A DNA stretch of 36,433 nucleotides from Octopus sinensis. Its lineage: Eukaryota. Below the pieces are notes generated by a model. The model saw only the letters and a list, made by a program, of their open reading frames with translations. It made no database searches and was not told the DNA's origin. A program made the position numbers and the translations under genes. The stretch spans positions 1 through 36,433 of the forward strand of contig NW_021829903.1 of assembly GCF_006345805.1 (NCBI RefSeq), read 5' to 3'. Positions 24,475-36,072 of this stretch are shown here, in pieces (position 1 is the stretch's first letter; every line of letters begins with the position of its first letter).

Positions 24475-24565
24475 CCTGTAGGTGATGGAGAACGATGGAT
24501 ATCCAAACTTTGCTGTTTCTGCAGCTCATCGGCATTGTAAAGATTCAAGGACACTTTCCTTCCTC
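24475..24565 (-). CDS. Candidate internal exon (91 nt, phase 1-2), product unknown
   Basis: ACCAG acceptor and strong CAGG|GTGAGT donor. Only one open frame: GRKVSLNLYNADELQKQQSLDIHRSPSPT. No homology recognised. Confidence 0.4.
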
Positions 24566-24689
24566 CTGGTTATATGATATACATGTGTGAGTGTAAACGT
24601 TTGCGTATGCTGGTGTATGTGTTCGTGCATGTGTATGTGTTGTGAGGCAGAAACTGATCAATTTTATGGAGAATCCGCCGCTAGACAAC

Positions 24690-24858
24690 CAGTATTGCTG
24701 ATTTTACGTCCCCGCAAGTTAACACCTCCGACAAAAGAGGCCGATTAGAATGAATACCAGGCTTAAGAAATATAACAAGTAATGATGATGATGTGTTTGA
24801 CCGAAATTTCTCAAGGCTGCACTCCAGCATGGCCACGAATTATAAGTAAAAGAAAAGA
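24690..24858 (+). mobile_element. SINE 3' portion (CCAGCATGGCC-tail family)
   Basis: GACAACCAG..TTTACGTCCCCG..ATACCAGGCTT..CTCCAGCATGGCC..AGTAAAAG; homologous to 29440 and inverted at 34757. Confidence 0.6.
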
Positions 24859-24987
24859 TGAGAAATATTTCTTTATATCAACTTGCTTCTTTGTTATACA
24901 AATATTCAGTGCCAATTGCTTTCATTGAAGATATGCAGTCAGAAAAGGCTATCACAACAATCTCCTTTAGTATGCATAAGCTCAAAG

Positions 24988-25341
24988 GTGGAGGGGCAAT
25001 GGCCCAGTGGTTAGGGAAGCGGACTAGCTGTTGTAGGATCAAGGTTTCGATTGCCAGACCGAACGTTGTGAGTGTTTATTGAGCCAAAACGCCTAAAGCT
25101 CCACGAAGAAACGGCAGAGGGTGGTGGCGAACCCTGCTGTACTCTTTCTTCCTGTTTCTGTTGTACCTGTATTTCAAAGGGCCAGTCTTGTCGCATTCTG
25201 TGTCACGCTGAATCTCCTCGAGGACTACGTTAAGAGTACATGTGTATGTGGAGTGCTCAGCCACTTGCACGCTAATTTCAGGAGCAGGCTGTTCTGTTGA
25301 TTCGATCAGCTAGGACCCTCGTCGTCGCAACCGACGGAGTG
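24988..25341 (+). mobile_element. tRNA-derived SINE (third family)
   Basis: A-box TGGCCCAGTGGTTAG, B-box GGTTTCGATT, about 350-bp body. Confidence 0.75.
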
Positions 25342-25975
25342 CTGTAATAAGCTCAATGGATGTTTTTTTTTAACATGAAGGTTTTTATCATATAATTAAG
25401 ATGGTTAAACGAAATCCTAAATTCAGTATAATTTACAAGTAATTGCCGAAAAGAATTATTCATTATCACTTTAATTGAAAATGATGTGATCGGTTCTGGT
25501 TGAAGTTCGACCATTCGCGAATAACGTTGAGAAGATTGACATCTTCATTACACGCCTCTCGGTTATTGACTTCCAAAAAATTAGGAGGTTCCATGAAATT
25601 TATATACATTATCGTCACATACTGAAAACGCTAACACACACACACACACACACATACACACTCATACTGTCATCGGGTTGGTGGCCTACATACGTACATA
25701 CGTACATATGTGCATACATACAATTATACATACATACACATATACACACAATCACAAACACATACACACACACACACACACACATATATATATTCCGCTT
25801 TACAGGAACGTCTTTCCATCGCAGGGTTAATATTTATCGCCGGATGAACTGGACTAGCGCAAAAGAAAGTGTTTTACTAAAAAAAATCAACACACCGCTG
25901 ACCTGAGGATCGAAACTACGATATTGGATCTTCTGTGCAACACCCTATGCATTAGGCTACGTACCTTCAAACCCT

Positions 25976-26040
<65 letters not shown>

Positions 26041-26045
<5 letters not shown>

Positions 26046-26648
26046 CTGAAATAGGCGAAACTGCAGTCTAAGAAGAACTAAGTTTGTAAAAGTTTTTAAT
26101 TTTCATCTCATTAAATTTATCCAGCTTTTGTGTATCTAGTACACACTTCGCCTTTAATGTACTTATATATGAATAATATATGGCCTGTGCTAGAAACACC
26201 AGCGATAATAATTAATTTTATTGTATCGCATTTGACTTTGTTTACGTATTTTCTCGATAAATTTTTGAGCGTTAGACGATATACCAGAAAACCCTATTTT
26301 GTCGGGTACGTTCTGAGTCTGCGCAGTGATTTGAATAGTTTAGAAATAGCAATTTAATAGATGCATGTGCCTCTATTGATCTGCGCTTCCCATAATAACA
26401 GGAATCTTACTGAAGAGCCTACCTGAGTAAATAAATATTATTTTTATTGATGAAATAGGCGAAACTGCAGTCTAAGAAGAACTAAGTTTGTAAAAGTTTT
26501 TAATTTTCATCTCATTAAATTTATCCAGCTTTTGTGTATCTAGTACACACTTCGCCTTTAATGTACTTATATATGAATAATATATGGCCTGTGCTAGAAA
26601 CACCAGCGATAATAATTAATTTTATTGTATCGCATTTGACTTTGTTTA
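26041..26648 (+). mobile_element. 1.5-unit tandem of a 404-nt hammerhead-carrying unit (retrozyme or Penelope pseudo-LTR)
   Basis: 26041-26244 equals 26445-26648 with one mismatch seen (26046 C vs 26450 A). Flanked by (TA)n on the left and TA/CA repeats on the right. No recognisable protein. Confidence 0.85.
26405..26477 (+). ncRNA. Intact minimal type I hammerhead ribozyme
   Basis: Helix I TCTTA (26405-09)/TAAGA (26473-77); core CTGAAGA (26410-16); stem II GCCTA (26417-21)/TAGGC (26456-60); GAAA (26461-64); C-TGCA-G; GUC triplet with cleavage predicted after 26472. Confidence 0.9.
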
Positions 26649-28598
26649 TTTTTATATATATGTATCCATACACACACATACATACACACACGCTCATATA
26701 TAAGCAAAATGACCTTGAAATTGAAAGTCTTCCTCTCAGAGACATACAAGACCGTGTAATGAGTGCGCAGTTGAGATTTACGAAATTCTGTTCGGAAGAA
26801 ACTACTTATAACTGTAAACTGTATAACTTCCAGAGCTTATATACTTTCACAGTAGATGAGACATTTCATAACTGATATGTACATCTTTCATTTTATTTGT
26901 TATATTCCTTTGCATTTTATGCAGTCTATAAATTTCCACCACCTCATTGTTTTCATATTACTTTAAATTTTTTCGCCCATACATATTTAAGGCCTTTCAA
27001 ATGTATACATTAACTTGAAAATTAAACAAAGCATCCAACTCATTACACATTTTTAATTGACCAAAAACATAAACATACAAACACATAATATACCATATTT
27101 TAAAAATGCATTTTGATGACAATCATCTCACTGAAACATCATACAATATTCAACGCTTTTGAGATGTGTCATACTCTACTAAAAAAATGGATCTAAACAA
27201 ACATTGAGAGATAATAATTATTCCCAGAATTCTCATAATCTTTCTAAATGGCATTTGCGACTCGGATACATTTCAAAAAACAAATATTTGTCACAAATAG
27301 AAATTGAACACCTATTCTATGTTAAGAAAAACTACAGAAAATAAATAAAGATGTGCAGAACATTTATAAAATTTTATAAAATCGTGGAACGACAATGGTT
27401 GTTATATTTTGTCTCTCTGAAACTTCTTCTGAGATTTAAATATGCTATATTTATATATATATCATAAATGTTATACGCATCGTTATTCTAATCTAATGTT
27501 TCAAGTGCGTGTATTTATTTACAGTAAGTACATTTCTAAAAGGTTCATACTTCATTGTAAGAAAGCTAACTTACATTAGAATGCTTTAGAATATCACTTC
27601 GCCACCACAAAGCAAAATATTTTATTGCCACAAACCCAAGGAAATAAAAAGTCAATAATTCACAAAGAAATACTTCACACCTTTACACAGTCAACCGCTC
27701 TTGTTTTCGTGATTTCTGTTTCATTTTTCTTGAAAAGCTGATACAAAAGCAGTTATATATGAGGCATTTATTTTAATGATTAAATTTTTTTTGAAAGAAA
27801 TGAAGCGAATGTACAACCGTATAGTCACTATTATCTCAAAATATTCGTCGTCTGCTTTTTGTAAAAAATCAATACCATAACACGTACATACACACACATA
27901 TATTTTTTTATCACATACTGTATATATTTACGTTATATTTCAGGCCTCGCGCTTATAAAAGAAACGATATTTCTTCTATATTGTATACATATATTGTATG
28001 TTATATAGTTATTTAATTATCATAGTTGTGATTACTTTTCATTCAAAATTTTTTCCTTATTTTTCTTTATTCTTAGCATTTTCCATGTAAGATTTTTTTT
28101 CACATTTATAAGAAAAAATATACACACATTTTTATCGCTATTTCGTGTTTTTGAAATTTAATTTGTTTATTACATTTACACGTATTCTCGTTTCCATATT
28201 TCATTTTAAAATGATTGCTTTCCTTATTCCTGTATTCATCTCTATCATACTCCCATACCCCCATAATAGTTCTCATCTTCGTATTTGGTTGAGGTCGTGT
28301 ATAGCGATAAAACGACTTTGAGAAACAAATTGCTGATTGATTGTTTCCCCCAGCACATTAAAAAAACAATCGATTAATTATTTGGTTAGATATTTAAACA
28401 ATTGACTAGCAATAAAGAAGTGATATTGAATCAGTGCGTATGTTGTTATTATTGGAGCAATGACCCTCCCGAGACATTTCCGCCATCCTAAATAATTAAT
28501 ACCATAATTATTTTTTTTAATAATTTATTGATGAACATTTGGTTTGTTTATTTCTCAAGTACTTGACCTTTACTTTTCTGATTTTCAATATTAATTAC

Positions 28599-28790
28599 GT
28601 GAGACGGCGAGCAGAAAGAATCGTCAGCACGCCAGGCAAGATGCTCAGCCGCATTTCGTCTGTCTTTATGTTCTGGGATTAAATGCCGCCGGGGTCAACT
28701 TTGCTGTTCATCTCTTTGGGGTCGATAAAATAAGTACAAGTTGAACACTGGGGTCGATTTAAACGACTTAGCCCCCTCACTCGAAATTTG
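28599..28790 (+). mobile_element. tRNA-derived SINE (Deu/Nin-like family)
   Basis: GGCGAGCAG..CGTCAGCACGCC..GTTCATCTCTTTGGGGTCGATAAAATAAGTAC..ACTGGGGTCGAT. Confidence 0.82.
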
Positions 28791-28885
28791 GAATAATTTT
28801 GTAGATAATTTTATTTAAGGATAGGTAGAAAAATAAACTGTTAAGTATGTACACACAGACACACACACACATACACACTCAAACA

Positions 28886-28917
<32 letters not shown>

Positions 28918-28968
28918 GAAGGTAGAGGGGGAGAGAGGGAGCTTTATGTCTATTTTAATTGATTTAAT

Positions 28969-29032
28969 AATCGGTTTCGCACACAGGTATTAGGCAAAAA
29001 CCTTCAAAACCTCGGCGCTCATCAGAAGGGCC
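28969..29032 (-). ncRNA. Hammerhead motif with intact core but missing helix I 3' strand
   Basis: CTGATGA (29025-19), stem II GCGCCGAGG/CCTGTGTGC (7 of 9 pairs), GAAA-CCGA-TT. Sequence after the cleavage site does not pair with upstream GGCCCTT. Confidence 0.6.
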
Positions 29033-29179
29033 GGTACGGACTATTTGGCAATGACTTTGTTACTGGATGTATATAAGTAGCACATCTTTTTTTGATGTGT
29101 TGTACGAAAACGGGATTGAAAAAAAAAAACTTTCAGCAGTTCACAGTATTTCGTCAAGCGCTATGCTCCTAGGCAACAC

Positions 29180-29340
29180 CACCTGTGCACTAAACGGCCA
29201 ATAAAATAACTTCGTATCAGAGGCGGACTCGGTCCCAGCAGGAAGGCGGTCGAAGGGTTAATGAGGTGCAGCAGAAGAACCCTGCAGGAGTATATTTAAA
29301 AAGCACTAGCTCTCCTTTACTGTATACGAGAGTCACATCC
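29180..29340 (+). promoter_or_regulatory. Possible Pol II promoter-like motif cluster
   Basis: CACCTG (29180), CCAAT (29198), GGCGG (29222, 29245) and TATATTTAAA (29291) in plausible order within a GC-richer island. Motif evidence only. Confidence 0.22.
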
Positions 29341-29344
29341 CGTC

Positions 29345-29394
<50 letters not shown>

Positions 29395-29439
29395 GCGAGT
29401 GTATGTGTGTGTTTATGTGTCTGTCTTTGTGTTTGTGTT

Positions 29440-29545
29440 TGTCTCCATCCAACGCCTGACAACCGGTGCGGGTTTGTTTACGTCTGTAAAGTAGCGGTTC
29501 GGCAATGAGAAACGATGGAATAAGTACCAGGTGGGGGGGGGGGGG
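29440..29545 (+). mobile_element. SINE fragment (CCAGCATGGCC-tail family)
   Basis: GACAACCGGTG..GTTTACGTC..AGCGGTTCGGCAA..GAATAAGTACCAGG. Confidence 0.6.
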
Positions 29546-30379
29546 CAAATATATCCGCAGCGCAAGTTCTTGCAGTGGCCTTCGTAACCAATCGATATAC
29601 ACCACAGTTCAGGGAAATAAGATCAGTTGAAGTTTCCAAGCACAATCCCACAAAACGTGGCATTTCGAAAACAGCAGGAAGACAATTCGGTGTTATGATC
29701 TAGATGGGACAGTCCCGCTTCGAATGTCGGATAGCTAACGGACCGAAATACTAAGTTGATGAGAGTTCTTCCTCTGAAGATTTTACCTGATGTCTGTTCA
29801 GCCTGTGGCGAGTTTACTCTTACAAGAAATTCCCTACCTCATAATATTGCGCCCCGAAATAATGAAAAGAAAAGAGAACCTCGGTAGATTTTGAGCTCGG
29901 AGTTAAGGGCATCTGAGAGATTACCACAAAGCGAACCCTCCGAAGCCTCTACGACAATCCTGTCAATTGCCCGATTCAGGATAGCATTATTTTATTAATT
30001 AGAGTATAGAATTTGAGATTATAGCATAATGTTATCTTTAATTGTGTCATAAATTTCGTCAATAAATAATTCTTCACTGTAGATAAAATTTGTTTAAAGA
30101 TAGATTTCAATAAAACGGTAAATAAATGCTCTTTTATTATATTCATTATCGACTACGTTTATTTCTACTTCACCCAATTAAAGTTTTATTAACCCGTATA
30201 ACCTTATTTGTTATCACCGAGTGTGTGTGTGAAAGGCATTGTTAGACGTATTAATTTGGATAAACTTGGGGTAATTGAAGAATATCAAAGATAATTGAAG
30301 AAGCTCATATTCGAAGTCAAACGCTTGTCACGTCGGTACATATCAATAAAGAGTTGGCGTGAACTCAGTGAGAAATAGA

Positions 30380-31027
30380 GGTGGAGAGAGGGTAACATGT
30401 GATGAGGAGGGAGAGAAGTGGAGATTGGGCGATAGGAGAGTGATAAAAAGAAGATAGAAAGATTGAAAGAGAGGTGAAAGAAAAGGAAAGATAGAGACGG
30501 CGAAATTGAGAGAAAAAGGAAGAGAGAAAAGACGGAGGAAAGGGGGGGGAAGAGAGCGAGAGTTTCAAAAGGAAAAAAAGGTAGTGAACTATGGAAGATG
30601 TAGAGGAGAGGAAGAAGACATGAGAACAAGAATGGTGGTGGGAGGGGGGGAGACTGGATGAAAAGGAGAATGCGTGAGATGAAGGATATAAAAGCAGTGA
30701 ATGAACGGACAAAAAGGGGTGGAATTAGTACAGGGGCGGGGGAGGAAGAGGATAAAGATGAAAGAATAAATGAAGAATGAAAAGAAGAAAGAAGAAAAGT
30801 TCAAGACAGATGTAAGAGAAAATGAAAGGATTGTATTTAGGTATGAGCATACAGGACACACACACACACACACGCACATAAACATATACATGCATGTATA
30901 TATATATATATATTATAATACATTATATATATATAAAATAGGTATTCATATATATATATATATATGTGTTATATGAATATATATATATAAAGATAAATGT
31001 ATATATGTTATATATATATATATATAT

Positions 31028-31067
<40 letters not shown>

Positions 31068-31097
31068 AGAGCGATAGATAGATAGATAGATAGATAT

Positions 31098-31185
<88 letters not shown>

Positions 31186-31319
31186 TTAGACGCAAATAGA
31201 GAGAAATGGACAGAAGAAAGTCAGAAAATGGATGAAGGATATATATAAAAGAATGAAAGAGATACTGGATTGCTTATGTGTGTACGTGTATGTGTATGCG
31301 TATGTTTACACACGCATAC

Positions 31320-31357
<38 letters not shown>

Positions 31358-31520
31358 GGAGAGGGAGAATTGGTTAGTTATAGACGTATGTATAAACTTA
31401 CATTTCAACATAAACACACGCTCAAATATAGAAGAAAACAGAAAGAGAGCAGGGGGGATGGGGGGGGAGAGAGAGAGAAAGAGAAAGAAAAGGAGAGAGT
31501 GAGAGGGGGAGGGACGGAGA
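30380..31520. repeat. Polypurine tract plus (CA), (TA), (GA) and (GATA)n microsatellites
   Basis: Seen directly. Confidence 0.92.
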
Positions 31521-32207
31521 GATGAAATAATAATTTGAAAGACAAATGAAGATGAAAACAGGCAGAAGCTTAAAGATGAAATGAAAGTAGGCAAATATGA
31601 GTAAGTCAGAGTGTGTGTGCGTGCGCGTGTGTGTGTGTGTGTGTGTGCGCGTTGAATCGTGTTACTGCTGACGATAGTGATGGTGTTCGTGGGAGTGAAG
31701 GTGGGAGGCAAAATGAAAGAGACACTAGTGTTTGAAAGAGCCCTGAGGGGCGGTGGGGTAGAGACGGTTCCTGAATTGAAGAACTCGACTGTTCGTAAAC
31801 AACTTTAGCAGGATTCGATGCAATGCAAGAATGGTAAACAAGTTGAATTGGAAAAACAAGCCGAGGAATTATCTTCCCATTCCATCACCCGTGAACACGC
31901 ACAGACAGACACAAACAGAATGCGTATTCAGTCGCAACACCACCACAGTTTTCACTGTTCGCCATACATTCTCATACATAGAAGAATTCTCAAACTGTTT
32001 TCGCTTTAAATCTCATGGAAACGATGAACATGAAGCCACACTGAAGAAATACATGCACGAGTTCAGACAAAAACGGCAGAAACAAACACATTGGAACTCC
32101 TTCTACTTTTCTCCTTTCTACTTCTTTTTTTTTTTTTTGTACATGTACTCCACGTTCCATCGGACTCACCTGCACACAAATACAGTCATGCAGAGAGAAA
32201 AACGCCA

Positions 32208-32309
<102 letters not shown>

Positions 32310-32606
32310 ATGTAGTGAATTGTAATGTGATTATATATGATTAAGCATATGAATTTAGATTTCTGTGTATATATTGTTTCAATATGCTCTGACTCTCAAA
32401 GGGAGAAAGTACGTTTTTATATATCTATATATGTGTATATTTACGCATTTATATTTATGCACGGATAGATTTATATCTATATACTTATGTGTGTATCTGG
32501 TATATCTAACTATATGCATCTGCCGAGCGTTCTCAAGAGAGAGAATGTGTAAGAGAGATACATACACTCATATATACATACATACATACATACATACATA
32601 CATACA

Positions 32607-32638
<32 letters not shown>

Positions 32639-32778
32639 ATATATCTATTATGAATGTGTGTGTATGTGTGTATATTTATGTACACACTTGGGTATTCGGG
32701 CAATTTTAAATGTTAGATATTAAATTAATTTAGTATTTCTATGTATATCAGACTCAATCTGTAAAGAAAGTCGAGCAG

Positions 32779-32832
<54 letters not shown>

Positions 32833-32959
32833 GATATTTAAGCAGAAAATGTCTGCTGTAGTACTTTTGATAAATGTAGTTCACATTATTCAGCTAAACG
32901 TCGTCGATCTGTAGATGACTTGCGGCCTAAAATATTTACTGTGATTCTGAGAAGGCACA

Positions 32960-33450
32960 TTGGAATTGGTCGGTTTTATTATCACAGTAGTCAGAAATAT
33001 AAGCATAGTGAACTTCTTAGACATTATATCAGACCTAAAAACAGATATAAATCAGCACTCAAGAAACCAAGCGAAAAGCTTTTGCGTATCGGAAAGTGTC
33101 CCAGTCACATATTATGCTTGTAATGTTGGTAAAGTAGGTTAACGGACCTTTAATATATTGTTGCAACTTTTTATGAACACCCGTTATTATAATAATGTGG
33201 TATTAAAAAAAGAAATTAAGGGGAAAGCATTTGAATAAGCTTAGAGAATGAAACATAAGCTGTCTAGTTCAATCTTAAATCCAGCTTAAATCCAATTTAA
33301 AAATGAAGTCAGAGCAAGAAATTTCTTAGCTCTAATTAACAAACACTTCTCAATCATCCCATCAGTACCACTCGTGAATTAATTGAAATAAGATCAAATT
33401 TAGCTGCAGCTGCACAAAAATTATTGTTAATATTATAATGAATAAACGTT
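32960..33450 (+). mobile_element. Penelope-like retroelement RT C-terminus/linker fragment, decayed
   Basis: IITVVRNISIVNFLDIISDLKT matches the PLE RT motif TxExN..VNFLDVTxDL. Later NFLALINKHF and KIKFSCSCTKIIVNII match PLE FLxLIDKHF and IKxSYSCxxN. Confidence 0.7.
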
Positions 33451-33832
33451 GAGGTGGTCTATTGAATAAACACTCCTGAAATCAGCACAGCGATAACCAT
33501 AAAATGTTTGTTCTGTTACGGTAAATATCTGACCACAGCTATCATTTTCGGAGTCAATTTGAAAATCTTAAAAGAGTAGTAAAGCGACTGAAAGGTGAGG
33601 CATTGCTGCTTCCGAGGGAACGTTTAAAAGCTGTTTTCTAAAACATAGTTTATTTTCGAAAGCAAAGGATGAAAGCAAAATTCCAGTAGTAAGAACCACG
33701 CCACCTCCAGCAATATCAATAAGACTGTTGGCCCGAAGTAGTGTGAGATATTTTAATGTGGTAACTCGATTTGCTAGAAATAGTTGTAGGGTTTCCCTCA
33801 AATATCTTTGCCGCCGTATTCAATGATATAGT

Positions 33833-34320
33833 CTGCACATCGGCATTTCCCTGAGGTTGGACCTGCAGATCTGTGCGCCTCATGAATGTCACTGCGGATC
33901 TACTGTGGATTCATTCGGACTCCACCCACTGTCATGCGGTCACAATGCGGGCCGTCCTTAACAAGATCGTCAATCGTGGCCTAGACGTTGCAGGCTTCCC
34001 TTCCCACCTCAAGCCGGTGAGGTTAGACCGAGGGGACGGTAAAAGGCTCCGCTGCTCGTCAGGCTGAGAAAAGCAAACTGTCAAAGTATCAATCGCTCTC
34101 CGATAAGTTTATGATCAAACCCATGGCAGTGGAGACCTTCGGCTCTCTTGGCACCCAGACCATATCTCTGCTCATCGTTATCAGGGCGTGGATAGCCGTC
34201 CGCAAGTGTGAACCCCGCGAGTCAGAGTGGCTGTTGTAGCGCATTTCCCTCTCCACCTTCCAAGGCAACGCCTTTTCCATTTTGTCTGCTGGGGCCATGA
34301 AAAATGTTTCTTAATAAAGG
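33833..34320 (+). mobile_element. CRE-clade non-LTR retrotransposon 3' end (zinc knuckle and restriction-like endonuclease), internally deleted
   Basis: ISLRLDLQICAPHECHCGSTVDSFGLHPLSC / LNKIVNRGLDVAGFPSHLKPVRLDRGDGKR / AARQAEKSKLSKYQSLSDKFMIKPMAVETFGSLG..RISLSTFQGNAFSIL. Stop at 34312-14, then AATAAA. Confidence 0.9.
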
Positions 34321-34559
34321 GATGTCAAAAACCGATGCTATTTATACTTCAAAGTTGTATGTAGTCGTATATATTATTCTAGGAAAAATAGAAACCAAAT
34401 GCTCACGACTAGAATATTTTTGATAATAGATCGAAACAACACAGACAGCCATTGAGATAAGCAACAAAACTAAAAACTACAAGAAGTGATATTTTAGTTT
34501 GATGTCGCTCACACATTTATTGAGAAATATTTGGACAATTGACTCAACATCTTGTATAT

Positions 34560-34750
34560 AATTGTATTATTCTTTTATCTATGCTAGACAAATGAAAATC
34601 TAAATTGCCACCAGTGATGAACAATTTTATCACATTGTCAACAATATCAGAATTATCTTGTCGAGTTGTCTCTGACTTTTTGCGAATCACACTTGTTTTT
34701 CTTAGCAAACTGACGTCTAAATTCGCCATATCTATAGATGTTAGCTTCAA
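34560..34750 (-). mobile_element. Possible decayed LINE reverse-transcriptase fragment
   Basis: RRQFAKKNKCDSQ followed (other frame) by DIVDNVIKLFITGGNLDF resembles the RT motif QxGFRKxxSCxxQL..DI..LDFxKAFD. Confidence 0.35.
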
Positions 34751-34756
34751 AACACT

Positions 34757-35040
34757 TATCTTTCACTCGTTGCAGTCATTGGACTGAGGCCATGCTGGAG
34801 TACCACTTTGAAGTGTTTACTCGAACCCGGTAGATAATTTTCAATCTGCACCGCTAGGGAGACATAAACAAACCAACATTTGTCAAACTGTGGGGTACAA
34901 GCACAGAAAGGGACAAACATATATACATATGTGTGTGTGTCAGACAGGCTTCCATTCAGTTTCCATCAATATAATTCATTCGCAATGCTTGGCGCTATAG
35001 TAGAAGACATTTTCCCAAGATGATGTGTGGTGAGCCCACA
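34757..35040 (-). mobile_element. SINE remnant (CCAGCATGGCC-tail family with CORE-like head)
   Basis: GGCCATGCTGGAG tail in reverse, and AGTAGAAGACATTTTCCCAAG as a reverse CORE-like block. Confidence 0.6.
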
Positions 35041-35888
35041 CCCGAGACCATACAGTCATACCTGCGCCCACTTCTGGGATTTGATGATCCTGGCCGTTTA
35101 CTCGATAGAATTTCCACTGACCCCCACCGTCTGAGCAAGGCCATTATCAGTCGATGACTTTCGCCAAGATTATACATCCACCGTGCAGTTCCAAAAGATT
35201 TCACTAGTTATCGGGTCCCGTTACGTCTTACGAGATTAAATCATATTTGGTACAGAACGAGTGCAGTCACTATTTGCTTTTAATATATATATATAAGGAC
35301 CGTTCTCCTATCTACCATCTGGGGACCCAAAAGCCACAGCTACAAACTAGCAGTATTTACCACATATAAAGGCTTTTATGGGTTTTTCCACGAGGACCTT
35401 AAAGCGCTACCCCCTAATGGGAGTTTAATTTTGTTTAAATTTTCGTTGTTTTTAATCATCTTTACTCGATTCGAAAACCCGTTCTATCGTCTTCTGTTGT
35501 TGTATATGTCTGTGTCGTGTAATTTTATGTATCTATATATTAGCCCTTGTGGCCAATAAAATATATAATTATTACCCTGCATATAGTTATATATGTATCC
35601 GCATGCGCGCATGTGTACTGGTATGCACTTTTATACACACAAATACACACACACACATGCGCATATATACATACGTCTGTGTACGTGGGTGTTTCGGCAT
35701 ATTCACCTGCGCCTAAATATATTATGTACTTCAGCTATTTCATATATATAGGTATTAATCCACATTTTTATACCTTTTATTTTTTCAATTACCTTTCTGC
35801 TTCATCATCATCATCATCATCATCAACATTTTCATCATCGCTTTTAAAATCATTCCCAATCTTTATGAATTACTGTTAGCACCAATGT

Positions 35889-36072
35889 GGAGGCGAGTGG
35901 CTTAGTGGTTAAGGTGTTGAAGCCATGATCGTAAGGTTGTGGTTTCGATTCCTGGACCGGCGATGCGTTGTGTTCTTGAGCAAAACACTTCATTTCAAGT
36001 TGCCCCAGTCCACTCAGCTGGCAAAAATGTGTAATCCTGCGACGGACCGACGTCCCGTCCAGGTGGGGAATT
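35889..36072 (+). mobile_element. tRNA-derived SINE with CORE-like domain
   Basis: A-box TGGCTTAGTGGTT, B-box GGTTTCGATTCC, TGTGTTCTTGAGCAAAACACTT. Confidence 0.87.

Noticed and set aside
25900-25925. CTGAGGATCGAAAC
   Set aside because: No stem II between the motifs; better explained as a reverse SINE B-box region.
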